Positions 18,070 through 26,016 of a stretch of DNA of 64,000 bases are shown piece by piece. The DNA is from Chloroflexaceae bacterium (GTDB lineage: Bacteria; Chloroflexota; Chloroflexia; Chloroflexales; Chloroflexaceae), in NCBI GenBank assembly GCA_034431835.1, contig DAOUDA010000060.1:2106-66105 (forward strand), given 5' to 3'. The position numbers and the translations under genes are program-made. Within the stretch, counting starts at the first letter, position 1. The number at the start of each line of letters is the position of its first letter. The notes under the pieces were generated by a model that was not told the origin of the DNA, searched no databases, and was given only the letters and a program-made list of their open reading frames with translations.

Positions 18070-19131
18070 GTGACAGCCGAGATCGCCGAAAAAATCGACC
18101 AGTTCGTGAGCGCCTACCGCGAACAACTCGAGCAAACGCGCCGCGAGGCGCAGGAAGTCGAAGTGCTTGTGCGCCAGGGCAGCGGAGAAGTGGAGAAGCT
18201 CGGTCAGCGCGAGCTGGCGGTCTCGAACCGGGTGCGGGATCTGGAGGTCAACCTCGACCGCTATAGCAAGGACGAGATCAAGAACTTCTACACCGCTGCC
18301 CAGGAGATGCAGATGCGCCTCCAGATCATGCGCGGCCAGCTCGATCAGGTGCAACTGCGCCGCGATGCCCTGCGCGCCCGCCAGACCCTGCTGGCCGACG
18401 TGGTGGCGCTGCTCGAAGAGGTGCGCGACTCGCTCAAGCGTGGCGCGACCCATTCCAACGATCATGGCCTCGACACTGAGACCATGATCGCCAATATCAT
18501 CCAGTCCCAGGAGAGCGAACGTCTGCGGATCTCCCTCCAGATGCACGACGGCCCCGCCCAGGCCATGAGCAACCTGGTTCTGCGGGCCGAGATCTGCCAG
18601 CGTCTGCTCGATCACGACCTGGAGCAGGCCCGCGCCGAACTGAACGGCTTGAAGACGGCCATCAATACTACGCTCCAGGACACGCGCAAACTCATCTTCG
18701 ACCTGCGCCCGATGACCCTCGATGATCTCGGCCTCATCCCGACCCTTCGCCGCTACACGTCGCAGTTCGGTGAAAAGAGCGGCCTTGAGATCAACCTGCT
18801 GGTGCAGAGCCTGGAGCAGCGGCTGCCCAGCCATTACGAAGTGACGATCTTCCGCTTCTTGCAAGAGGCGCTCAACAACGTCGCCCGCCACGCCAATGCC
18901 AACCAGGTGCGCGTGCTGCTCGACGGCTCGGGCAATACCTTGCAGATCCTGGTCGAGGACGATGGCAGCGGCTTCCATGTGAGCGAGACCCTCAATAACC
19001 TGAACGCCCGCCGCCACATGGGCATCGCCAGCATGCGCCAACAGATCGAGGTGCTGCTCCGCGGCGAGTTTGGCATCGAGAGCGCCATCGGTCGCGGTAC
19101 CCGCGTTGCCGCGACTATTCCGCTCCCCTAG
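18070..19131 (+). CDS. cytoplasmic sensor histidine kinase, HisKA_3 (DegS/NarL-partner type)
   Basis: GTG start follows GGAGGA. N-terminal coiled coil, no TM helix. H-box ERLRISLQMHDGPAQAMSNL, N-box EALNNVARHANA, G-boxes DDGSGF and GIASMRQQIE..GRGTRV. Confidence 0.85.
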   Translation: MTAEIAEKIDQFVSAYREQLEQTRREAQEVEVLVRQGSGEVEKLGQRELAVSNRVRDLEVNLDRYSKDEIKNFYTAAQEMQMRLQIMRGQLDQVQLRRDALRARQTLLADVVALLEEVRDSLKRGATHSNDHGLDTETMIANIIQSQESERLRISLQMHDGPAQAMSNLVLRAEICQRLLDHDLEQARAELNGLKTAINTTLQDTRKLIFDLRPMTLDDLGLIPTLRRYTSQFGEKSGLEINLLVQSLEQRLPSHYEVTIFRFLQEALNNVARHANANQVRVLLDGSGNTLQILVEDDGSGFHVSETLNNLNARRHMGIASMRQQIEVLLRGEFGIESAIGRGTRVAATIPLP

Positions 19132-19155
19132 CCGCCGCCCCGTGGGCGCGATGCC

Positions 19156-19196
19156 CTGGGAGGGACCGGGTGGGCTTCGCCCTCCCGGTCCCTCCC
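19156..19196. repeat. family P2 hairpin (nested)
   Basis: CTGGGAGGGACCGGGTGGGCTTCGCCCTCCCGGTCCCTCC, between convergent genes. Confidence 0.8.
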
Positions 19197-19220
19197 CAAC
19201 TGACCTCCGCTCCGGACCCC

Positions 19221-21287
19221 CTATCCCCGCCGCACCCGCGCCAGGTTCGTATGAAAGGTGCTTTGCCCGGCCAGATCCGCCAGATCGTCGGGCGTGGTCC
19301 AGTTGATGTTGCGGCCATCGGGCGACAGACTGCCCCAGTGGCCCTTGGGGGCCACCGCAACACCGGGAGGCACGTCGTCGGTGACGACGGCGCGCAGGCG
19401 ACACCATCCACGCTCGTTTTCCACCACCACCTCATCGCCATCGCCGATGCCGCGGCGCGCGGCATCGGCAGGGTTGATCTCGATGAACGGCGCGCCTTCC
19501 TTTGCCCGCAGATCGGGCTGGTTGGCCAGGCTCGACGAGACGAAATGGTGCGATGCGCCCGACAGAACGATCAGGCGTTCGTCGTCGGGGCGCCCCGCCC
19601 GCTCGCGCAGGGCCGGCGGCTCGCCATAGTCGGGCAGCGGGTCGAGACCCTGGGCGGCTATGGCCGCGCTGTACAACTCCACCTTGCCCGACGGGGTGGG
19701 AAAGACGCCATTGGCAAACGGCACGTCGGCGCCCTCCAGGTTCAAGCGCACCGTTCCCTCGGCCTGCAATCGCTCCAGGGTGATCCCGGCCAGGAAGGGG
19801 GTCCTGGCGCGGGTCGCGTCGAGCACCCCGCGAATGGCTTCCTCGGCACTCTCGTGCAGCCACGGCTCGGTGTAGCCCATCCCCGCGGCCAGGAGGCGCA
19901 TCACGTCCCAGTTGCTCCGGGCCTCGCCGCGGGGCGCGATGGCGGGGTGGTTGTACTGCAGGTACCGATGCCCGTAGGCGGCGTGGAGGTCGGTGTGCTC
20001 GAGCTGCGTGGTCGCCGGCAGCACCAGGTCGGCGTAACGGGCCGTGTCGGTGAGGAACTGCTCGTGCACCACCGTGAAGAGGTCCTCCCGCAGCAGGCCC
20101 CGGACAATCAGCCCGGCATTGGGCGCGGAGGTCACCGGGTTGGCCCCGTAGACGTAGAGGGCCATAATCGGCGGGTCGCGCACCTCGCCGGTGAGGGCGG
20201 CGCCGAGGCGGTTCATGTTCACCATGCGCGGCACGGGCGGGCAGTCCCGGTGATGCGCCAGCGCCTCGCCGTCCCAGGCCACGTAGCCGCCAGTGGAGAA
20301 GGCCAGGCCGCCGCCCCGAGCGCCGTACTGCCCCACCACCGCGGGCAGGCAGCACAGGGCGCGGAAGGTCTGCCCGCCGTTCTGGTGCCGTTGCACCCCG
20401 TCGGCCGTTTTGAGCAGGGCGGGCTTCGTCGTGGCATACCGGCGCGCCAGGGCCACGATGGCATCGGCGGGAACGCCGGTCAACGCGCTGGCCCGCTCGG
20501 GAGGGTACTGCATGGCCCGCTCGCGCAGCGCCCGCCAGCCCAGGCTGTGCGCCTCCAGCCAGGGCTCGTCGTGCAGCCCTTCGCTGAAGATCACCTGCAT
20601 CAGGCCCAGCGCCAGGGCCGCGTCGGTGGCCGGGCGCAACTGGATGTGCTCGTCAGCCGAGCGAGCGGTGAGGGTGCGGCGCGGGTCAATCACTACCACA
20701 TAGGCACCCTGTTTCTGGGCCTGGCGCAGAAAGGGCATCACGTGCGGCGCGGTGCTGGCCGGATTGTGCCCCCAGAGCAGGATCAGGCGGCTGTGGAGCA
20801 GATCGGCGTAATCCGGGCCATATCTGACCCCCAGGGTGGCCGCTACCGCGGCGTGGGCCGCCGCGCTACAGATCGAGCGTTCCAACCCGCTTGCGCCCAT
20901 GCGGTTCCACAGGCGCTGGTTGCAGATGAGCATCTGCACCAGGCCCAGGGTGCCGCTGTAGGAGTAGGGCAGGATCGCCGCCGCGCCGTAGGTGGCGATG
21001 ATCTCGCGCCAGCGGGCGGTAATGATGGCGATGGCTTCGTCCCAACTGATGCGTTCCCAGCGCCCTGCGCCCTTCGGCCCCGCCCGACGCAAGGGGTAGA
21101 GCAGCCGGTCAGGGCTGTAGACGCGCTCCAGGTAGGGCCGCACCTTGGCGCACAACCAGCCGCGGGTCACGGGATGATCCGGGTCGGCGTAAAACCGGAG
21201 CGCCTGACCATCCTCCACCTCGGTGATGGTGGCGCAGGTGTCGGGGCAGTCGTGGGGGCAGCAGCCACGAATTCGCATCATCGGCAT
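19221..21287 (-). CDS. molybdopterin (bis-MGD) oxidoreductase catalytic subunit
   Basis: N-terminal 4Fe-4S motif CPHDCPDTCAT. The ~690-aa length and GANP/HNPASTAPH-type strings fit the DMSO-reductase superfamily. AAGGAAGGG RBS is present. Confidence 0.8.
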   Translation of the reverse strand: MPMMRIRGCCPHDCPDTCATITEVEDGQALRFYADPDHPVTRGWLCAKVRPYLERVYSPDRLLYPLRRAGPKGAGRWERISWDEAIAIITARWREIIATYGAAAILPYSYSGTLGLVQMLICNQRLWNRMGASGLERSICSAAAHAAVAATLGVRYGPDYADLLHSRLILLWGHNPASTAPHVMPFLRQAQKQGAYVVVIDPRRTLTARSADEHIQLRPATDAALALGLMQVIFSEGLHDEPWLEAHSLGWRALRERAMQYPPERASALTGVPADAIVALARRYATTKPALLKTADGVQRHQNGGQTFRALCCLPAVVGQYGARGGGLAFSTGGYVAWDGEALAHHRDCPPVPRMVNMNRLGAALTGEVRDPPIMALYVYGANPVTSAPNAGLIVRGLLREDLFTVVHEQFLTDTARYADLVLPATTQLEHTDLHAAYGHRYLQYNHPAIAPRGEARSNWDVMRLLAAGMGYTEPWLHESAEEAIRGVLDATRARTPFLAGITLERLQAEGTVRLNLEGADVPFANGVFPTPSGKVELYSAAIAAQGLDPLPDYGEPPALRERAGRPDDERLIVLSGASHHFVSSSLANQPDLRAKEGAPFIEINPADAARRGIGDGDEVVVENERGWCRLRAVVTDDVPPGVAVAPKGHWGSLSPDGRNINWTTPDDLADLAGQSTFHTNLARVRRG

Positions 21288-21353
21288 GTCCCTTCCTTAC
21301 GGTGACCACGGTCGTTGGCCATTTCGTTCCGAACCATCTCTCCTGGCAGGTGC

Positions 21354-21376
21354 GTGGAGAAACCCGGTTTTCCCAT
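21354..21376. repeat. palindromic repeat, family P1 (slightly degenerate)
   Basis: GTGGAGAAACCCGGTTTTCCCAT. Confidence 0.8.
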
Positions 21377-21455
21377 TCTATCCAACTTGCCCCCACCGCC
21401 ATTCGCAGGCATACTACAGCATACGGAGCATCTGGCATGGTTCATACCGGCGTTG

Positions 21456-21500
21456 CCGTTCGGGGGTGCGGAGGGCGCAGCCGTCCGCACCCCCGAACGG
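21456..21500. repeat. 17-bp perfect-stem hairpin in a divergent promoter region
   Basis: CCGTTCGGGGGTGCGGA-N11-TCCGCACCCCCGAACGG. Confidence 0.85.
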
Positions 21501-21605
21501 TAACCGGGCAGGCCGCGCAGTAAAACCAGGTCTCGCACCGGTTCCTGTTACATTCAGCGTATGCGCACCATCGCCAGGTTTCCCTGGAACGCCGCCTACG
21601 GCAAT

Positions 21606-21633
21606 CTCACATCCAAAATCCACAATCCGAAAT
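21606..21633 (+). repeat. 7-nt periodic array (NNNAATC)x4
   Basis: TCACATC CAAAATC CACAATC CGAAATA, ending 22 nt before the MFS start codon. Confidence 0.8.
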
Positions 21634-21654
21634 AGTAGTATAGAGAGAGGCGCC

Positions 21655-22902
21655 ATGCACAACGGAAACGAGCGGGGGTTCTTCTACGGCTGGGTGGTGG
21701 TAGTGGTTACGGTGCTGGCCCTGCTGGTTTCGGCGGGGATCCGCGCCGCGCCCGGCGTGCTCATCGTACCGCTTGAACAGGACATGGGCTGGAGCCGCAC
21801 CCTGATCGCCACGGCTGTCTCGGTGGGGTTGCTGCTCTTCGGCTTTGCCGGGCCCCTCGCGGGCTGGCTGGTGGACCGGTGGGGGCCGCGGCTGGTAATG
21901 CTGGGCGGCCTCGGTCTGATGGCTGCCAGCATGGTCGCGAGCGCGGTGATGCGCGCGCCCTGGCAAATGCTGCTGTTCTGGGGTGCCGTGAGTGGCCTGG
22001 CGACCGGGCTGGTAGGGGCGGTCACGGGCACGGCGGTGGCGAACCACTGGTTCTATGCGCGGCGCGGCCTGGTGCTGGGCATCTTCGGGGCGGCCACCTC
22101 GGCGGGCCAGCTGATCTTCCTGCCCGTCGTCGCCCTCGCCGCGGTCAGTGTGGGCTGGCGCGGCGCCAGTGTGCTCCTCGCCGCCCTCGCCGCGGCACTG
22201 CTGCCGCTGGTTCTCGTGTTTATGCGCAATGGCCCCGGCGATATCGGCGCGTTGCCCTACGGGCTCAGCCAGGCCCCGCCGGCGCCGGCCGTGCGCCCCG
22301 CGGCCGCCGCGGTGATGGCTTTGGCCCTGCGTTCGCCCGCCTTCTGGCTGCTGGCAATCACCTTCTTCATCTGCGGCGCCACCTCCAACGGCCTGGTGGG
22401 CACCCACTTCGTGCCCCACGCCGTGGACCACGGCATCACCCACGCCACCGCCGCCGGCACACTGGCGCTTATGGGCATGATGAACTTCATCGGCACCCTC
22501 GGCTCCGGCTGGCTTACTGACCGCTACGACCCTCGCAAGCTCCTGGCGATCTACTACGGCTTCCGGGGGATCTCGCTGCTGTTCCTCCCATTTGTGACCA
22601 ACCCGCCGGGGCTGACCCTGTTCGCGATCCTGTTTGGCCTGGACTACATCGCCACTGTGCCGCCCACCGCCGCCCTGGTCGCCGACAGCTTCGGGCGCCA
22701 GAACGCCGCCACGGTCTTTGGATGGGTCTTCTGCGCCCACCAGATCGGCGCGGCCCTCGCCGCCTGGCTCGGCGGCGTCGCCCGCGATGTCACCGGCGAC
22801 TACGGCGTGGCGTTCCTCGCCGCCGGGGTGCTGGCCGTCGCCGCCACTGGACTCTCGCTCGGCATCCGCCGCGCGCCCGCCGCCGCCCTGGCCGCGGATT
22901 GA
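21655..22902 (+). CDS. MFS transporter
   Basis: 12 predicted helices. Motif A-like GPLAGWLVDRWGPRLVM. ATG 21655 follows GAGAGAGG. The long track ORF upstream runs through intergenic repeats. Confidence 0.8.
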   Translation: MHNGNERGFFYGWVVVVVTVLALLVSAGIRAAPGVLIVPLEQDMGWSRTLIATAVSVGLLLFGFAGPLAGWLVDRWGPRLVMLGGLGLMAASMVASAVMRAPWQMLLFWGAVSGLATGLVGAVTGTAVANHWFYARRGLVLGIFGAATSAGQLIFLPVVALAAVSVGWRGASVLLAALAAALLPLVLVFMRNGPGDIGALPYGLSQAPPAPAVRPAAAAVMALALRSPAFWLLAITFFICGATSNGLVGTHFVPHAVDHGITHATAAGTLALMGMMNFIGTLGSGWLTDRYDPRKLLAIYYGFRGISLLFLPFVTNPPGLTLFAILFGLDYIATVPPTAALVADSFGRQNAATVFGWVFCAHQIGAALAAWLGGVARDVTGDYGVAFLAAGVLAVAATGLSLGIRRAPAAALAAD

Positions 22903-22947
22903 TACGCACCGTGGGGCCGAAGCGTTGGCTGCGCCAGTGCTTCGGCC

Positions 22948-23445
22948 CTACTGGCGCTCCATATCCAGCAACGCCCGTTTGCGCTCGAGGCCCCAGCGAA
23001 AGCCCTGGAGCCAGCCATCGCTGGCCACGGCGCGGTGGCACGGCACCACCAGGGCCACCGGATTGGCCGCGCAGGCCCCGCCCACCGCCCGGGCCGCGCC
23101 CGGCCCCAGGTCCAGCGCGGCAGCGATCTGCCCGTAGGTGCGCGTTTCACCGTAGGGAATGGCGCGCAACGCCTCCCAGACCCGGCGCTGGAAGGGCGTG
23201 CCGGGCAGATCGAGGGGCGCGTCGGGGCAGGGCCCGCGCCCCTCGAGGTAGCTGGTCAGCCCTGTGGCGATGGCGGCGAGCCTGGCATCGTCACGCACGA
23301 TCCGCGCCTGCGGGAAGGCGCGGTGCAGTTCGCTCTCCAGCGCGGCAACGTCCTCTCCAAAGGCAACCCGGCACAGCCCCCGCGCGGTTGCGGCAACCAG
23401 CAGCCAGCCCAGGGGGCTGCCGGCGATGGTGTAGTCGATGTCCAT
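22948..23445 (-). CDS. ogt: methylated-DNA--protein-cysteine methyltransferase
   Basis: Active-site PCHRAV, plus the upstream YG(E/Q)IA helix-turn-helix string (TYGQIAAAL). 165 aa. Confidence 0.9.
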   Translation of the reverse strand: MDIDYTIAGSPLGWLLVAATARGLCRVAFGEDVAALESELHRAFPQARIVRDDARLAAIATGLTSYLEGRGPCPDAPLDLPGTPFQRRVWEALRAIPYGETRTYGQIAAALDLGPGAARAVGGACAANPVALVVPCHRAVASDGWLQGFRWGLERKRALLDMERQ

Positions 23446-23485
23446 CCGTAAGGCGCCTCATTCTCTCCGATGTTGCGGCAGGGGC

Positions 23486-23555
23486 GCGGAGAAACCGGGT
23501 TTCCCCGCACCCCCTCCGGGCCAACCAGCCGGGGCTCAGGGAAAGCCAGTTTCCC
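23486..23555. repeat. palindromic repeat, family P1 (one good copy plus one degenerate copy)
   Basis: GCGGAGAAACCGGGTTTCCCCGC at 23486-23508 and GGGAAAGCCAGTTTCCC at 23539-23555. Confidence 0.8.
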
Positions 23556-23561
23556 GAACGT

Positions 23562-24398
23562 TCACCGTAGACTCACCAGCAACACCCCCACCAGCACTGC
23601 TACCACCCCTGCCCACTGTGCCCGGACCAGACGCTCGCGCAGCAGCACCCAGGCCAGCAGCACGGTGACCCCGCTGAAGATCGAGGCCAGGGCCGTTACC
23701 ACGCTGACGTAGGCGGTAGCGATGCCGGTGTTGTAGGCCAGGAAGCCGATGGTGTCAAGCGACGTGGCGATCGCGATCATCCCAAGGAGGCGCGGCGAGA
23801 GCGGCGCGGGAGGCTGCCGCCGCCAGAGCAGGGCGAGGGCCGCAACGCCGCAGGCCATCACCCGCCCGATGAAAATGGGCCAGGCGATGCCCAGGCCCGC
23901 CGTGACCGGCCCGAGCAGGTAGAAAAAGACCCCATAGGCCAGCGCCGCGCCCAGGGCCGCCGGCACACCCTTCAGCACCAGGGGTTCCCCCCCTCCGCCC
24001 CGTGAGACCACCACCACGCCCGCCATAACCAGTGCCACCCCCGCCAGCGTCACCGGGGCGAGCCGTTCGCCGCCCAGTATCGCCAGGACCGCCGTAACGA
24101 CCGCGAAACTGGCACAGATCGGCGAGACGATCATCACCGTGCCCACCGCCAGCGCCCGGTAGAGGAACAGCGTCCCGGCAACGTTCAACGTGTTCACCGC
24201 CACCCCCAGGGCCCAGAGTACCGGGTCGAACGGAGGCAGATCGCGGCGGGCCAGCAGCACCAGCCCGATGCTGAGCATCCCCGCGGCCTGAATGTACAGC
24301 AACGTCGCCAGCGGCCCGATGCGCCGCGAGATGCGGCTCAGGGCGAAATCCCCGCCACCCCAGCCCAGGGCCGCCAGCAACCCAAAGAAGATACCCAT
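23562..24398 (-). CDS. EamA/DMT family transporter
   Basis: 10 TM helices arranged as two EamA halves. The N-terminus MGIFFGLLAALGWGGGDF is typical. ATG 24398 follows AAGGA; the track GTG start at 24479 adds a Gly-rich tail. Confidence 0.75.
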   Translation of the reverse strand: MGIFFGLLAALGWGGGDFALSRISRRIGPLATLLYIQAAGMLSIGLVLLARRDLPPFDPVLWALGVAVNTLNVAGTLFLYRALAVGTVMIVSPICASFAVVTAVLAILGGERLAPVTLAGVALVMAGVVVVSRGGGGEPLVLKGVPAALGAALAYGVFFYLLGPVTAGLGIAWPIFIGRVMACGVAALALLWRRQPPAPLSPRLLGMIAIATSLDTIGFLAYNTGIATAYVSVVTALASIFSGVTVLLAWVLLRERLVRAQWAGVVAVLVGVLLVSLR

Positions 24399-24503
24399 CA
24401 CCGTCCTTTGCCCCGAAAGTAACCCGCCCGAAAGGCCACCGCCGCCACCAGCGCCACCAGCGCCAGTATGATCAGACACTCGATCCAGCCGATGGTCATC
24501 GCG

Positions 24504-24812
24504 CTAATCCTGTAGATTCCTGAACGCCGTGCCCGGGCGACGAACGCCCTCGGCGATCCGGCGCGGATCGCCGTGCGAGAAATTTAGCCGCAGCGTATCG
24601 GCCCCGCCACCCAGCGGATGCAACGGCGCCTCAGGCACGAAGGCAACGCCCTGCGCCAGCGCCACTTTGCGCAAGCGGCTCGCGTCCAGCCTCGGAGGCA
24701 GGCTGAGCCAGAGACTCCCCCCGGACAGTCGCGTCCAGCGTACCGTGGCGGGCAGTTCGCGCTCCAGGGCGGCGAGCATCCCGTCGCGCGGATCCCGGTA
24801 GAGACTTTGCCT
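24504..24812 (-). pseudogene. remnant of a class I/II (MocR/aminoadipate-type) aminotransferase, last ~100 codons only
   Basis: The translation RDGMLAALERELPATVRWTRLSGGSLWLSLP..AQGVAFVPEAPL..LRLNFSH..IAEGVRR matches only the C-terminal small domain of PLP aminotransferases. The ~300 N-terminal codons are absent. The upstream end runs into a MITE-like element. Confidence 0.6.
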
Positions 24813-24837
24813 CAACTCCACGCCCCTGCCAGGGATA

Positions 24838-24933
24838 GTGTTCACATCTACCGAACACATTCGCACCGCAGAGGGCTTCAAAAATTTCATCCTCTCCGTT
24901 CCTCTGCATGCTCTGCGGTACATCTAAACAGGT
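24838..24933 (+). mobile_element. MITE-like ~100-bp element, copy A, flanked by a 15-bp direct repeat
   Basis: GTGTTCACATCTACCGAACAC..CCGCAGAGGG..CTCTGCGG..ATCTAAACAGGT. ACGCCCCTGCCAGGG occurs at 24820-24834 and again at 24934-24948. Confidence 0.7.
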
Positions 24934-25059
24934 ACGCCCCTGCCAGGGTCGCCTCGCCATCGGGGCAGGACTGCGCTACAATGGCGGGGTTCACGCAGGC
25001 ACCGGCGCGGTTGTGTCAGATCCAGGGCCCACCCCACCGCCAATCGCCCGGCACGGACT

Positions 25060-25434
25060 ATGTTTGAACACATCGCTCTGCTCCACAGCCGGATGCAACT
25101 CACCCTCACGGCGCTGATGGCCCTGCTGGCCATCTGGGCGCTGCTGTGCGCCCTGCGCGGGCGGGTGGGCCAGAGCTACATCGGGGCGCTGTGGGTGGCG
25201 CAGTTGCTCATCGTGGCGCAGTGCGGGTTAGGCGCGCTGCTGCTGGCGCGCAACCTGGCGCTGGCGGGGCCGCTGGCGCTGCACATTATCTACGGCATCA
25301 TAGCCCTGCTGCTGCTGCCCGGCGCCATCGCCTACAACCGCGGGCGCGCGGGCCGGGGAGAGGCGCTGGTCTTCGCGACCATCTGTCTCATGTTACTCGT
25401 CGTCGTGGCGCGGGCCTACGAAACGGTGCGCTAA
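25060..25434 (+). CDS. small hypothetical membrane protein (4 TM)
   Basis: 124 aa with four hydrophobic helices and genome-typical codon bias. I recognise no motif. Confidence 0.5.
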   Translation: MFEHIALLHSRMQLTLTALMALLAIWALLCALRGRVGQSYIGALWVAQLLIVAQCGLGALLLARNLALAGPLALHIIYGIIALLLLPGAIAYNRGRAGRGEALVFATICLMLLVVVARAYETVR

Positions 25435-25440
25435 CACAAA

Positions 25441-25462
25441 CCGCCACGCGGGCGCGTGGCGG
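25441..25462. terminator. GC hairpin between the 25060-25434 stop and the tRNA-Gln 3' end; candidate terminator for the tRNA operon
   Basis: CCGCCACGCG-GG-CGCGTGGCGG. On the minus strand it is followed by TTTGTGTT. Confidence 0.5.
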
Positions 25463-25471
25463 CGGTTCATC

Positions 25472-25545
25472 TGGCTGGGGGACAGGGACTCGAACCCCAA
25501 CTACCTGAGCCAGAATCAGGCGTTCTACCGTTAAACTATCCCCCA
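25472..25545 (-). tRNA. tRNA-Gln (anticodon CTG), CCA encoded
   Basis: Folded by hand into a cloverleaf. Acceptor TGGGGGA/TCCCCCA with the U1:A72 pair typical of bacterial tRNA-Gln. Anticodon arm CCTGA-TTCTGGC-TCAGG. T-loop GGTTCGAGTCC. 74 nt. Confidence 0.9.
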
Positions 25546-25551
25546 CTGGGA

Positions 25552-25638
<87 letters not shown>

Positions 25639-25663
25639 ATGCCATACTAGCTTACCACCGCGA

Positions 25664-25692
25664 ATTATACGACGGAGGGGGGGCTTTGTCAA
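25664..25692 (-). promoter_or_regulatory. sigma-70 consensus promoter of the tRNA-Leu/tRNA-Gln operon
   Basis: The minus strand reads TTGACA (25692-25687), a 17-nt spacer, then TATAAT (25669-25664). The -10 ends ~25 nt upstream of the tRNA-Leu 5' end. Confidence 0.8.
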
Positions 25693-25975
25693 ACGTTAAT
25701 CGGCGAGTGCGGCGAGTTCAGGGCCAATACAAAGTCTTTGGGGCGAGCCCCAGACTTCACAATTTTTCATTGGTTTTGGACGCGCAGCCGCCAGAACCAC
25801 CGAAGAATAATCCCCGGGGCGGCTACGCCGCCCCGCCCCCCGAGGTGGATGTGCATCAGCCCCATTGGCGAGGGCGGCGGGCGCTGCCTGCTGCGGCGCA
25901 TCCAACGAAAAGGGCCGCAACAGAACCTGGATCCGGCCCCGACCATCAGGCCGGAGAACCACCGGGAAGATCGGC

Positions 25976-26004
25976 GGAGGAGCGGGGCGATGCCCCGCTC
26001 CTCC
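25976..26004 (-). terminator. hairpin 13 nt downstream of the MFS (26017-27882) stop
   Basis: GGAGGAGCGGGGC-GAT-GCCCCGCTCCTCC, a perfect 13-bp stem. The trailing T-tract on the minus strand is weak (GCCGATCTTCC). Confidence 0.45.
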
Positions 26005-26016
26005 GCTTGGCGTTGG

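Noticed and set aside
19221-21287. Selenocysteine (in-frame TGA) in the molybdopterin oxidoreductase, as in formate dehydrogenases.
   Set aside because: The ORF is uninterrupted over 688 codons, with no in-frame TGA and no SECIS-like hairpin requirement.
21288-21455. Moco riboswitch upstream of the molybdopterin oxidoreductase.
   Set aside because: I could not recognise the conserved Moco motif core. The leader holds only a P1 palindrome and a -10-like TAGAAT. A covariance-model scan would be needed to settle it.
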